Below, piece after piece: positions 12,311-24,907 of a stretch of DNA of 64,000 nt (positions are counted from its first letter, which is position 1; every line of letters begins with the position of its first letter). Both the position numbers and the translations under genes were made by a program. The DNA lies in NCBI GenBank assembly GCA_051362555.1, contig CM120644.1, positions 12,546,567 to 12,610,566 of the forward strand, written 5' to 3'. This DNA comes from Lingula anatina (lineage: Eukaryota > Animalia > Brachiopoda). A model generated the notes under the pieces. It had not been told where the DNA came from. It was given only the letters and a program-made list of their open reading frames with translations, and searched no databases.

Positions 12311-12797
12311 TGATTGTACCATTTTTAGTTATATATATATTTTTTGCATATTTTGAAAATTCTTGTTGATTGCATTTTTACAGCTTGGCAAGCACAAGAC
12401 TGGTGGTTGTGTTCCTTATTTTGTATATGTGGGGGTCTATACGAATGCGCTTGCTCCAGCTGGTGGTACAATATTCGGAGGCGGTATCGCCTCTCTGATC
12501 CTCTAGTTAACATATGCATTTAAGCATTCTTGATGTATTTCAGCATCCTTAGGTGTTTACATGTAGCATGGTTTGCATGCGACTAATCACAGTTACTCGT
12601 ACGATTGCTTTTGAATATGTACAGTAAGATAGAAATGGACAAATTTAACCATTTTTAAATCCTTAACAAATAAAGTGACCTATCATATAAAATCATCCAC
12701 GGTGGAATGAGGGTAGAAAACTTGTCCATTCATTGAGTTTAAACTAAAAGCCGTGGCAGTACTTTGAGGTCAGTCATAAGCCACTTCTTTAAACGAA

Positions 12798-15700
12798 CTA
12801 GATTTGAGCTGCACTTCCATCGCCCTGGTTGTTGTCACTTGTGTTAGCGTCTCCGTTCTCTATGGCACGAGAAGGCTTCTTATCGCCTACGTCATCGAAC
12901 AACGCCTCGATGTAGGGCCGCAATGGCGACCAAAGCGACGGTTCCATCTCCCCCCTTTTGAGTGCGATAAGCTGTAAAAATCATAGACATAGTTGGAAAA
13001 CCAATCAAAGAAAACAGCATTAAAAAGATATTAGGCGTTTGATTGGTTGAACGCGATTCATTGGGTCCAGTCTTTGATAAGACAAACAGACCTCCAAAAA
13101 TTTTCAGAATTAATCCATACAAAACATGAAATAACTTTCACAAGTATATACGGCAACTAACATGGCGTCCATCCTCAGCATCTGTCTCTTTTTTTTTCAT
13201 GCCAAAAAAATATTTCACAGGTTTAAAAATTTTCCCTAAACCAAACAGTCAAATTCATATGTCATTTTAGAATAGTGACTTACCTTGGGAATCAAAAGCA
13301 ACAAAATCGTAGCTATGATAGCGAAGAGCGTGAAGCCAGCTATAACGCCAAAGTTGACGTTTGGCTCTTCTTGTACGAGGACACCTACTGGAACTCCGAC
13401 AACAGTCGCCAAGGCAATGATAACCATAGCCAAACCAACTTGACTGCTGTCTCCAGCATCTCTCTTCACCGACATCACCCTACAAAAAATGAAAAGAAAA
13501 TAAATACTAATATCACGTTATGTCAAATAGCAGAATAGATGGAACCGAAAAATCAATCCATGACATTGGTAGAAACTTTTTAAACATGTATGTGGGGACT
13601 ACACGGGGTACTGTACAGTAAAAAGGTTGAAAATCAACTTCAAACATTATATCAATAATTTGTTTCCATGTTGTGTCTGACGTGATTTGAAAGTGTTGTG
13701 GATGCGACAGATACATGTAGTACCGGAGTAATATAAAAAAGTCAAAATTTTATAATGAAATGTTATCTTCCCCACATAAAAAATTATAAATTTTAATTCA
13801 TTTGAGTATATAACTGTTATCTTGTAGTATGCATGATGGAGGATAAATTGGCACTTTTTGTTAGTTTGAAGGTGAAAATTTTCATGAAAAAATAAAGAAA
13901 ACTAAAAATGTGTATTTTTCCACCCAATGACTACTATAAAAAGGCTATGGTACAGTAGTAAGATGAATACCTGTTTCAAAATGTATCAATTTTCACCAAA
14001 AGTTTCACCACCAAACTTTCAAATACTAACACAATATACGTCACAATGCAAACCATGTGGAAAACAATATAATAGTATGGTGACTAAATACACTGTTTAA
14101 AATAGGTTTTTTTTCTTCGTTGGAGTATATATCACATATGGCTATGAATATGAACATTTTTCATGACTTTTTATTTATTTTTTTGCACCGAATATTTTTC
14201 CACCAAACTTACAAAACTTTCCCATATATTCCTCATAAAGTATACTTAAGGGAATGATGTTGAAATGATCACCAAATATCAAATTAATAGCTTTTTCATG
14301 GTGGTAAAATACACATCTTTTAATTCCATTTCCTCATTTAAATTGTCATCTGCAAACTAACAAAATAAGTAATGTATACTCCATTATGCAAACTACAGGA
14401 CAAGAGTTAATGCTTAAATAAAATAAGATTTATAAAGTTGTGTTTGGAGGGGGGGGGGTAAAAATTTCAAGGGGGAGTTACATTTTCATTATGAACATTT
14501 GACTGGGTAGTCACATTTTCATAATAAAAACCTGACTGGGCCGGAGTCACATTTCTGGGGGAGTCAGATTTTCATGGTACACCTGTATGTTGGATGTGAC
14601 GATGTAGATATTGGTTCACGTACCAGGTAGGCCAGACCAAGCAAACAGAGACCAGCAACAGCAGACCCTTGTACACGATAAACGCAATGGACCAGCCCAT
14701 AGCACTCCCGCTGTGACATTGGCGATAGAGAGTCTGGTACCGCACCATTTTGGCAGCATCTCGCTAATTTTGAGAAGGAACGGGAGTCATATATCCGCGA
14801 CTAACTGTGAAACAGCAGCTGAGCTAATGTACTGTTCGCACTTGTGCCACTTTTTGGTACAATATCAAAAAAGTAACAAAACAGTGTGACTTTGAAGAAC
14901 AATTACCAACTTCATAAGTAGTTGAGACCAAAAGCAATATTTTCTCTTTCACAAAGTACTTGTGCATACAAACCGTAGCGACTACCAGTGTGGGTTTACT
15001 TACAATTTCGGGTAAATGCCTATCTTTCACCACAAGTGGGTCAGTCAACTGCCAGATAAGCAACATCAGAATATCAATAACCAACAGTACGGCAACTCCA
15101 GACAGCATGCGCAGTTCTACTTGCAGACCCTGGTAAAGATATTCTGTATATAAAACTCCGAAAAGAACAACTGCAACCGTAACGTTAACGTTTTGGTTTG
15201 CCACATTAAAGATGAACGACATACATGGGTATATGTGAGGTATACGTATAGGTATACTAGTATATATGTGTGTGGTAAATGTGTGAAATAGCACAGGATC
15301 TGCAGCTGCAATTAAAGCATTTAATGTATCTTGTTTCGTTGATAATGAATGTGTCTGCGTGGGTTAATCATTGTATTTGTCTGTGTTCCTTTGCATGTCA
15401 GTGTTTTGGATTACAAGAGATGCGAAAGTCTGTTGTTCGTAAGATTTTAGTGGATGCACAACTCATATGAGGCAAAATAAAGGGTTGATCACTACAAGTC
15501 TTAGTCAACTTCTCAGTTAGATAATAACCATTGGTCGTGTCCTATATGCAGTTTGCAGGATACGACATTATCATGAACGCGACTATTCAACAGCTGCAGC
15601 AGTGTGCAAGATGTTAATAAAACGCTGCATCTTACTCAAGGCCAAAAATTAAATTATATTAAAAATTCACCCAATCCTGCCGATAACGAAAGAGGCGATA

Positions 15701-18700
15701 CACTCCCCACATCTTCAGCAGCATGGTACCAAACGACAGTGTAAACCCAGTCACAAATAGCCAGACAAAGGCATTACATGGTACATTGCTAGTCGACGAC
15801 AGCTGTGTTGCACTGCCTGGAACAAATAACCCTGGTTTTGTAATATAGCAGTGGCGGATTTAATGGGTACCAGGGGTGTCCTGACCCCTCCCCCTCTTCG
15901 ATTTCTGCTTAAAAAACGCAAAAAAAAAACATCTAGCTAAATCATAGTTCTAAACCCTACCAAATGGCGCCTTCCAAAACACCATTTTTTTCGAGGTCCT
16001 CGAGCGTGGACCTAACCTGAAGCCAAGGGAGGAGGGAGGGGGTGGTCGGCCTCGCAATTCGAGGCCTGGCAATCCCTATAAAACGGACCCCTACAAAAAT
16101 TTCTGGATAGACCCCCTGTATAGGCCTATGTTTAGTAAGTATAATACACCTAAAACAAACATGATATCTTTTTAATGCGACACGACAGAATCACAGATAC
16201 ATGTATTTAAAAATGGGCTATCATAATTCACAGATCATACAGGAGTGTGTTTCCTTAAGAGAGATAAATTGAAATCGACTTGCACGACTGCTCACCTTGA
16301 AGAATGACATTGACAGCCAGGAAGATGCATCCCAGTGCAATGACACTGTTCATCAGTGGCCATGAGTTTTGAATTAACCTAAAAATTAAATGTATTGTGT
16401 ACGTTGTGATCGTCTTTGCTGATGTGAAAGGAATGGTAGTCCTAGGAATGGAAGTCCAGGCTACAGGATCCCATATGGTTAGTATATGTTGGGGAAGGTC
16501 GTAGTATAGGAGCTTGAATATGGGACGAACGTCATCTGTACAAAGTGCTACCATTCCTGTCACACCAGTGCCTCTGAAGCCAGAAAACAGGTATAATATT
16601 TAGTGCAGTTAACCTTGATACACCCTTCTCATGTGGAAAAAACGTGCAATGATTCGTTTGTACGATATTGTGCAGATGATTGATTGAAATTTCACACTTA
16701 ACATGACACTTAACATGACAGTTATATCTACGACTTCCTGTCTACCCTGGTTCCAATACATACTGTGTCTTCCATTTGACTATCGTAACTAACATGAACA
16801 CAACAGTGAGAACTATTGATATCACAGCGATCACAGTAAAGGCTATTTTTAGTTCGTCTGCGACAACCAGTAGTTTTCGGACCGTCCTGTACCCAGATTG
16901 CGGTATATGGCCGCCTATCGAGAGAAAAACAAAACATGCCTCCATAAATGTTTAGAACGCATCGGGTGATTAATACTTAGAACTACTTGCAATGTTCAGG
17001 ACAGCTAGTCCATTTGGACAACCCCCCCCCCCCCAAAAAAAAAATTAATTAATTAATAAATTGATAACACGCAGGAGCTACATGCATGGACAACAAACCA
17101 ACAAACGGGGATACTACAAATGGCTTCAACTGTGCATCATCAGGGAAGTTTACACTTTGGCTTAAACTAATTTTTTTTCCTGCTTATGTAACTTTCCTAG
17201 CCAAAACTGGAAATTCCCCCTGTTATATTTATTTAAGCCATACGCAAGTAAATAAAGGGAGACGCAGGTTTGTGGAGATACATGTAGATCTTTGAAGACA
17301 TACTACCTGGGTTCAGACAATAAAATATTGGTGAATGAATTTTAATGTTTGGCGATCAGCACACTGAATAGGTAGAACAACCGCAGAACGCACCATGAGA
17401 ATACCACAGGTCACTAATCTTCTCCGACAACGTAATGTTCCGGGATTTCTGGTCGTAAACACCAAACAATAAAGCTGTACCGTCTGAAATCAGAAATAGG
17501 GTTCCAATTTATCAATGATTTCAGGATATAAAGAACTTTATATGTAGGGGGGCATAGATAAAGAACTGGATGCACCTTTCCTTCTTTCTCACACCCACAC
17601 ACGTAGGTAAACGCACACTCACAAACACAGACGCACACTAAAGCAATTTCTCCACTGGTGTTGTATATTTCGGCATGGGTTCATTGGCGAACTTGTTATA
17701 TTTGGTATTGTGTAACTCGTTTGCTTATCTATCTAAGCGATTAAAAAAATAATAATAATATTGTGAGTGTTTGTTTGACTGGTGGCAGTCGGGTATGAGG
17801 TGGTTGTGTGTGGCTTTATTACACTCCATCTAGATGTGTGCTGAAAACCTACTTCTTATTTGCTCCATAGACAGCCAGCTCATTCGACTTCCATGGGGTG
17901 AGAAAGACACGGGACCCTTGAAAGAGAAAAAATCTCACGATTTTACATAAGCAGTGGCGGTTGTGTGTTTGGGAGGGGGGTTAGCACGTGTGACTCCCTT
18001 AGTTTACAAGTTACTCCCTTGAAACTTTAACTATTGATACGAGGCAAAGTCTGGCAATGTTCCATCTTTGTGCCCTACATGTAAAACTCATACAAAAACA
18101 GTTTTCTTTGCAATGACAAGCGGTGCAATTTCTTATCCTTGTGCTACCACCAATACCATACAAAATAGAATTAGAAGCAAGCAACCCTTTCACTTTAAAC
18201 GTGTATCACTGGAAACGCAAAAGTAAATTTCAAAATGAAAGTTTTACACAATTATGGTAAAAATACACCAAACTCCCCATTTAGTGAATCTTGTCAACCA
18301 ACTCTTCACCTACACTATAATACATCTGCCAAACGTTGAAATACTTACCGACGCACCGAAGAAGTTGGTGCGATCCAGTTCTGGAATCAAAGCGTCCGTC
18401 ACCGTGCCGAGATCGGTGAACTTGAAGTTGGTGATTATTCTTGGCGGAAGACGAGACAGGCTCTTGTTTAAGGCCAATGCAGCCGCCCATATGGCATCAT
18501 AATTCAACTGATATAGTATTCTTCTGGTGTCGTCATTGTACCAAGCTTGTTCTTTCATTTCCCTCAAAATTTCTACAGGATCCTAAATCAATCACCCTGA
18601 GCTTCAGAGATAACTTGACACTATAACCTCTTCACTATAGCCTATCTTCATCGTGTCAAGTTACCTCTGACGAAAATAGTTTGACCTAGTTTATATAAGC

Positions 18701-21700
18701 CAATCGAATCCAAGTTTCAAAAATTTTCACCAAAGTTTGGTGAAAACGTTGATTGGTTGACCGTCAATCGGCAATCCTCGGCTGATTCCGCAAGCTCCAT
18801 ACTAACAACAAAGTGCGGAGACATCCGAGTAGTTCCGAGTGCATAACCGTACACAAAGATAGCATGGCGTCTCCTACGAGTGACTACGTGAAATAATGTG
18901 TTAAGTTATCTCTTGATTCTTTGCAAAATATGAGTATATCGGAATTGAAACCAGAGCAGTTTGAGGCCCTGCATCATTATCTACTGAGGGATGATGTCCC
19001 TGATATTCAGCCTTATCTTTGATTGGTCCAAATTTGAACAAAGCGCGCTTTGACTCGTTCGCGTTCATTGGCTAGATCGTTCAATGAGTCATTGAGTGCG
19101 GGCTTTAAATTTGATTGGCGGGCGGCGGAGGCAATCGAATGTGGTCAGAGGTAACTTGACACGATGAAGATAGGCTATAGTGAAGAGGTTAGTGTCAAGT
19201 TATCTCTGAAGCTCAGGGTGAAATCAATACACCTGTGTATATACATATATCAACAACAACGCTTATCGACAGTTTCAGTGCTCCGTAAGTTTTCATTTTA
19301 ATAGACTGTGTATTGTTAATATTATAGCTTGAAATGCGTGCACGATATGTGTGTGTGAGAGAGTTTGTGTTTGTGTGTGTGCATGGGCGTTGTGAGCCTA
19401 CAGGTATACAGGTACCTTTACTGTAAATGGGCGTTTTGGTTCATATCCAACTTCGCTGGCATGTTTAGCGTCAGCGCGGAATGTAATGAACTGCCCTTCT
19501 GCCGCTTGGACCACCTGCTCCGCGTTGCAAGAGAGTTTCCGTTTTTGGTGCATGTTGGATGCGAAGTTGCGGTAGTCTTTAACGAATTCCATCAAACTCA
19601 GCCAAACATATTTCTTTCCAATCAAGCCATATTTGTATGCCTGTTTGAATAAAAAAATTATAAGCAAACATGCAATAAAATGCAAATAAAAGCAAATGTT
19701 AGTACAATTGGAAAATGCCAAATACTACATACAATGACACTTTTATAGCATTTTCAGTCCCAAGAAGTGTAGCCAGTTACACTTGAGATTGGATTGTCGT
19801 TGTCTAGCTACCGATGTGACGGGAATGGATGTCCGCATAGAACTGTACTCCATTTCCGATTACTTTTACAGGTGGCAATTGTCCCAAATGCTAGCCCTAA
19901 CCTATAGTAATCATATGGTACCCCGGACTTCCTTTCCTAGGACTACCACTCCTGTCACACCGGTAATCCACTCGAAAACATCACCATCTGCTCTTAACAC
20001 GACAGGCAGTGTTTATAAAGCTGATAGAATATCTATAATCTGGTGGGACGTATGTTCAGCCTATAGCACTCACTGCCGTTTTAAATCTATTACCTGACAA
20101 AACACATGACAAAGCGATGAGCCCAGTCCGTCAGCGTGATGCATGATTACCCTTGCGTCCAGTTCCTAGAATGGCAGAAAAATAGTTAATTTTATATAAT
20201 AAGACCCCATTGAAACCAAAGCATGATGCATCCCTCTTGAATAGCTTAATATGGCTTAGTTTAAATCCACATTTATAATTATAAAGTCTCACCTTCAGTT
20301 TTTCCATAACTTGGCCTAGCTGCTCTACTCTATAGAATAAAGAAGTGACAATTTCTATGCCGGACTGTCTTAGCAGTATCTCCACTTCCTTCGACATCTA
20401 CTCGGAAAAGAAAAAGCAAGCACAGTGTTATTCTTAAAAAAAAAACAATATTTCTTCAAACATGAGTGCAGGTTTCGCACTCAGACACACTCACAGTAAT
20501 TCAAACGTTAAATTATAAAATTCGTTTTACTTATTCATCAAATTAATCACATGAGACTAATTTTGCATTTCATGCGTGATACACAGGCAAATAGAAGCCT
20601 AATAATACATGTAGAATCCTTTCAAAATAGAAAGAAATATTAGGCCCGTATCCAGGGGGGAGGTTCGGGGGGTTCAAAAAAACGCCCCTTTGTCCCAGGA
20701 AAAGGTTCCCTCTGGGTAAAATTTTATCAAGGTATATGAATGTTTCATGGCAAAAAGGCCCACTTTTTAAGAAAAAGACCCCCCCCCCCCTTTTGAAATT
20801 GCTGGCTACGGGCCTGTATGCTGTCAGCTTAATGGAAATGTCAGCATCCACTTTACCTCTGTAAACGGCCTCTTGTCTTCCGCCAGCAATGCCACGCGGG
20901 TCCAACCGAAACGCTTGACAAAATCCACTTCTATAGTGACAACGTCCAGCCAGGAGCCGACTGTCCGGTAAAAGTAAGGGAAGACGAGTCTTTGGGATAA
21001 AGTGGAAGACGAGCTACCGGTCGAGATCTGCAATAACCATGTATCTACAAAAGGATCGGTTGATTCTCCGCCAGAAATAAGTTGTAGTGAGCAAAGGTTG
21101 GGACATGTAAATGTGACAGTCGAAGGCCGCATTTACAACAGCAGGCTACCTAGTCCGCGGATCAAATATGGCCGACCCACTTGAATGCTTGTTGCACTTT
21201 TCCGCGGGAAATGTATTGAGTGTCTGTTACAGGGATAGGCGGCAAGCTTTTAAGTCAGTCGCCGTATTTGATCCACGGACTAGTTAGTCGGCTGTTCTAA
21301 ATGCGGCGAAGTTTACTGCATCGGAAGTTCAGAGTATCATTAGAGTAGCCTTTTCTCTGACCACAGGTGCGCTCTAGTAGTCTGAAATCGCCGATACTTA
21401 AAATGTACGTACACTAATATATCCTGATATCAGAAGGTTAACCTAGCCTGAGTTCCGGATCCAGACAAAGATTAAATCTTTTTTTTTTTTAATTAGCGCA
21501 TAAATTAAGACACTGTGATCTGATTGAGACTATAGTTAAAAGTTTTTTTAAAATTTGGCTCAGGTGCATCATACCTGTATCATCTTCAGTTTCCCCGTGA
21601 TCTCTCCTATCACATCCGTCTCCGTGACGCTGCCGTGGTGCAGCAGCATCATTACCGGCGGGTCTGTTTTTGACGTCATCAACTCTTGTAGTTTGGCCAC

Positions 21701-23704
21701 AGCGTTTCCTACATGGTACATCGATTCGTTTGCAGGCACCTTTAGATAAGAGAAACATTGGTTAAGTTATCAGTGCACTGATTTTCTGTAAAGGCTATTA
21801 AGTTCGGTGATTATTTTAGCCTGAAATTATTCCAAGATTAAAGATTAATAATATTTTTCTTCATTCCAGTGCCATTGTGTAGGTAAGGCATAAAATATAA
21901 GTTTTCAGCTATTTGTGCCAATTTATAGACAAAACTAGGCGAAATGATACATTTACGGAAAGATGAAGCCAACAGGTTTTGACTTGGTACCAACCACGAA
22001 AGTGATGTTCAGGTTAACATAGACTTTAGCACAAACACAGTGTTGGTGGGCATTATTTTTGAAACGTATAGACTCAGGCCTACCCAACTACCAGACTCGG
22101 CACCGAATGATCCAGAATTCACCGGTAGATCAGACCACACTACCCGTTTTCAAGGTGTGTATCAGATCGCATTACACAGTATCATACCCTGAACAAATTT
22201 TGATTGGTGATGCAATGCTTTTCAACCCCGCTGAGAATCGTCACTATCACATCGCGTATTAGGCAAGAGCGGTGTCGCGTCTGATACTGTGTAATGCGAT
22301 CTGATACACACCTTGAAAACGGGTAGTGTGGTCCGATTTACCGGTAAATTCTGGATCATTCGGTTCCGAGTCTGGTAGTTGGGTAGGCCTGAGACTGGCA
22401 TATGCCATGTGTGTCACATGAGAGTCGATAGCAGCTCTTGTAACTGGGGGTTACATTGTATGAAGTGAGTGTTCAAACGGGTACCTGAAGGTTTACTGTC
22501 CTTACGTTGGGGGCAATGTTTCCTGACCGTAGGGTCATTTTGGTTAAACATACTTGGTAATGGAAACTTAATATTGCTGATAAGGTTTGTGATAGGGAAT
22601 TACGTGACATTAAAGGGATAATAACTTCGTTTTGGCCAAAAATGAATTTTCCTGGAGTAAACAACGAATTTCCCATACTCACCACTGGTTAATGAATCCA
22701 TTTTCACATTCAAAGTCAGTCCCTGTTTTTTCTAAAAAGTTTGGTTTTTTTATAATCTCTAAAGAGATTATAACAGAGTATAGCCATCAATGGAGGTCAC
22801 GTGGTCTAAAGACAAGCTCTGATGTCAGAATAATAGCTGTAACTGCCGTTTTGTGGTAAAACAGAATATATTATATTTCTATGAGTTGTTCACAATGTTT
22901 TATTGTGAAATATAGATCTCATACGAAGAGTTATTATCCCTTTAAAAATACTCTTCACGCCTTTGAACCACCCCCAGTCATTTCTATTCATGAAAACATG
23001 CTTATATTTCGTGATGCATACCTTGAAGACGCCTTAAATATTGTTTATACCCCGTAGATCTTACCTGAAGATCATGTAATGTCTCTATTATCTTTTCAGT
23101 CTTGTCAGGTAGTCATGGCAACATGCGATAGGTGTATTTTACACGACACGGGTCGGTCATACAATACTCCGCGCCATTTTCTTTTGTTACGAAATGAAAA
23201 TTAGACCATGTCCGGTGAAGGACAGGCAAGGCAAATGTCGTAGCAAAAGACTGGTCAATCATTTACAACTTAACTAAAACTTATTTAGAATGGAATTGAA
23301 CCCAAGTGCAGCTACGGGTCAAGCGGTCGTAAGAAAAAGAAAATTGCTTTTTTTTTTGGCTACAAGAAAAGTTCTTTTTGTGGCTAAATCCTGTGCAGAG
23401 TGCCTCAAAGCAAAAGAAATATTGCCTTGTTATTGCTGATTGAATACATACCGTTTTGTAGAAGTAGACAATTGTTATGAGATATTTTAATTTACAATTT
23501 ACATCAACAGCTCGCATCTAGTCTTTCTGCTCTGCTAAGACCCATGCCCCCCGCCCACATCTTTACACAACTCATTTTGTCAGATTCAAACTTTTATGCT
23601 GGTCTGTTGTAAACAGTGTATATGATATGCATACGAATATAAACTGCCATTTACAGTGTAGACATTCATCTACGCAAAATATTTCTTCCCCCAAGCCCTT
23701 ATTG

Positions 23705-23745
<41 letters not shown>

Positions 23746-24907
23746 CTTGTTTTTGTGTTTTTTTCCACATTTAGCAGCGCTATCAATATCGTTTACAGTT
23801 TGACATTTTGTCATTACGTTTTATTCAATCTATTCAGACATTCTCACATTCAAAGGGACGATATAATAATATAATGGTATAATGTATGAGGCACCCTCGT
23901 CTTCTTACTGCTAATAAGGACATTTTACATTTATAATTTATAATCTTGTGTAAATCTTGTTTGTTGTCACCACATCATGTCAGTCTTATGGTATGCAACC
24001 TTCTTCAATTACAACGACCATGGGTGGGACAACAGAGGGATTGGACTGACTACCCGTAATCTTAATCAAAAAGCTGGCAAAGACAGGTGGAACTTATTTA
24101 ACTACTGCGATCAATTTCAGCAGTAAACGAGCTTGATAAAAGTACGTGCCTGGGCGTTCTTTTAAAACTGAAGGGCACACCTGACTGAACTATTTACATA
24201 ATAGGGGACAGGTGAACTGTGCATACACCATAAGGAACAAATGGAAATGTTTAAAAGATGGTGTCGACGCCGACAACCCGTTATTCGAGAGATATTGTTG
24301 GGCCGGCTCACTGTGAGATATATACATCTTTTAAAGTTGTAATTATTGAAATATTCTGACCATTACGTGACAAATTCATTTCAACGGAGCCACACCCCCA
24401 TTCAATTAACAGCAGAAAGCAAACTTGTGAAAAGGGAAAAATTCCGGAAGCGTAATGTAATAGGTGCGACACAGATTAAACCCGCGGTCCACTTATTTTA
24501 AGTTGACATAGTATTTGCATACATCTAATATTGAATGAATGTTTTTCGGCTTTTCAAATTTTGCAAGTTTTTCTGACTAGTATTCTTTTTTCGTTGTCCT
24601 TATATTGAAAATAACATTAAAAATACTTCAGACAGACTAGACGGACATTTATCCTTGATTCATATACAAAAATAATGAATTATGGGTTAACTCCACTCAC
24701 CGAAGTGTTTTTGATGACGAGACGCAGCGTGTGCCCTGACAGCACTTCGGGATGGTTGTTGATGTCGTTGAGGGCCAGCTGCACAGGGCCGTACATTTGC
24801 TCGTCGGGCGTGCCAATCGGAGTGAGCATACCGAAGTAAATACCAGCACCAGCAGTAACACGGAGATACAGGCCCAATAACAGCGCAATCCTGCAAAACA
24901 CCTCCAT
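12798..24907 (-). CDS. GABA-B-receptor-like class C GPCR, copy 1 (16 exons, 782 aa)
   Basis: Exons (minus): 24907-24701, 21739-21575, 21027-20857, 20397-20293, 20165-20094, 19640-19416, 18582-18349, 17916-17853, 17483-17394, 16914-16764, 16378-16296, 15816-15671, 15129-15004, 14763-14624, 13479-13284, 12971-12798. All are GT-AG and phase-consistent, 2349 nt in total. Signal peptide; VFT motifs (LALNDINNHPEVLSGHTL, GSSSSTLSQRLVFPYFYRT, YDAIWAAALALNK, FFGASGPVSF); no Cys-rich domain; 7TM motifs (GFTLSFGTMLLKMW, IWQLTDPL, YKGLLLL, IPKLIAL). Confidence 0.92.
13790..14432. repeat. Old AT-rich foldback/MITE-like inverted repeat in GPCR intron 14 (also 29068-29686; centre deleted at 48113-48300)
   Basis: Arms such as TGCATAATGGAGGATACATTGGCA..TTTGTTAGTTTGCA and TGCAAACTAACAAAA..TGCCAATGTATCCTCCATTATGCA are reverse complements; boundaries approximate. 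Confidence 0.6.
18593..19220. mobile_element. Non-autonomous DNA transposon, ~78-bp TIRs, 8-bp TSD
   Basis: CACCCTGAGCTTCAGAGATAACTTGACAC... / ...GTGTCAAGTTATCTCTGAAGCTCAGGGTG. TSD AAATCAAT at 18585-18592 and 19221-19228. Empty site in GPCR copies 2 and 3 (~33342, ~51862). Confidence 0.9.
20641..20816. mobile_element. Short MITE-like element (AGGCCCGTA...TACGGGCCT termini)
   Basis: Terminal inverted repeats; absent from the same intron in copies 2 and 3; related fragments near 2220-2320 and 61500-61610. Confidence 0.6.
21126..21307. repeat. Old inverted-repeat element in GPCR intron 2, shared by all three copies (also ~35640-35821, ~54140-54321)
   Basis: GCCGCATTTA..CTAGTCCGCGGATCAAATATGGC pairs with GCCGTATTTGATCCACGGACTAG..TAAATGCGGC. 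Confidence 0.6.
22075..22391. mobile_element. Palindromic MITE, ~110-bp TIRs, 5-bp TSD
   Basis: CAGGCCTACCCAACTACCAGACTCGG... / ...CCGAGTCTGGTAGTTGGGTAGGCCTG. AGACT is duplicated (22070-74, 22392-96). Empty site GTATAGACTGGC in copies 2 and 3. Confidence 0.88.
22614..22941. mobile_element. Non-autonomous TTAA-targeting element (Kolobok-like termini)
   Basis: TTAA|AGGGATAATAAC...GTTATTATCCCT|TTAA; empty site GTGACATTAAAAATAC in copies 2 and 3; second copy at 62653-62989. Confidence 0.85.
23707..23740. repeat. (TG)n microsatellite
   Basis: Direct reading. Confidence 0.9.

Larger units (their letters stand above)
9850..12508. mobile_element. Non-autonomous Helentron/HINE (DINE-1-like) element with internal tandem array
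   Basis: Absent from the paralogous sites at ~27970 and ~46845 and inserted in a T-rich site. 5' subTIR ATTGTACCACCAGC (9850-9863) plus hairpin (9853-9880), microsatellite-like block, tandem array, inverted subTIR 12459-12472, GAGGCG-gtat-CGCCTC hairpin, end CTAGTT. Confidence 0.8.
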
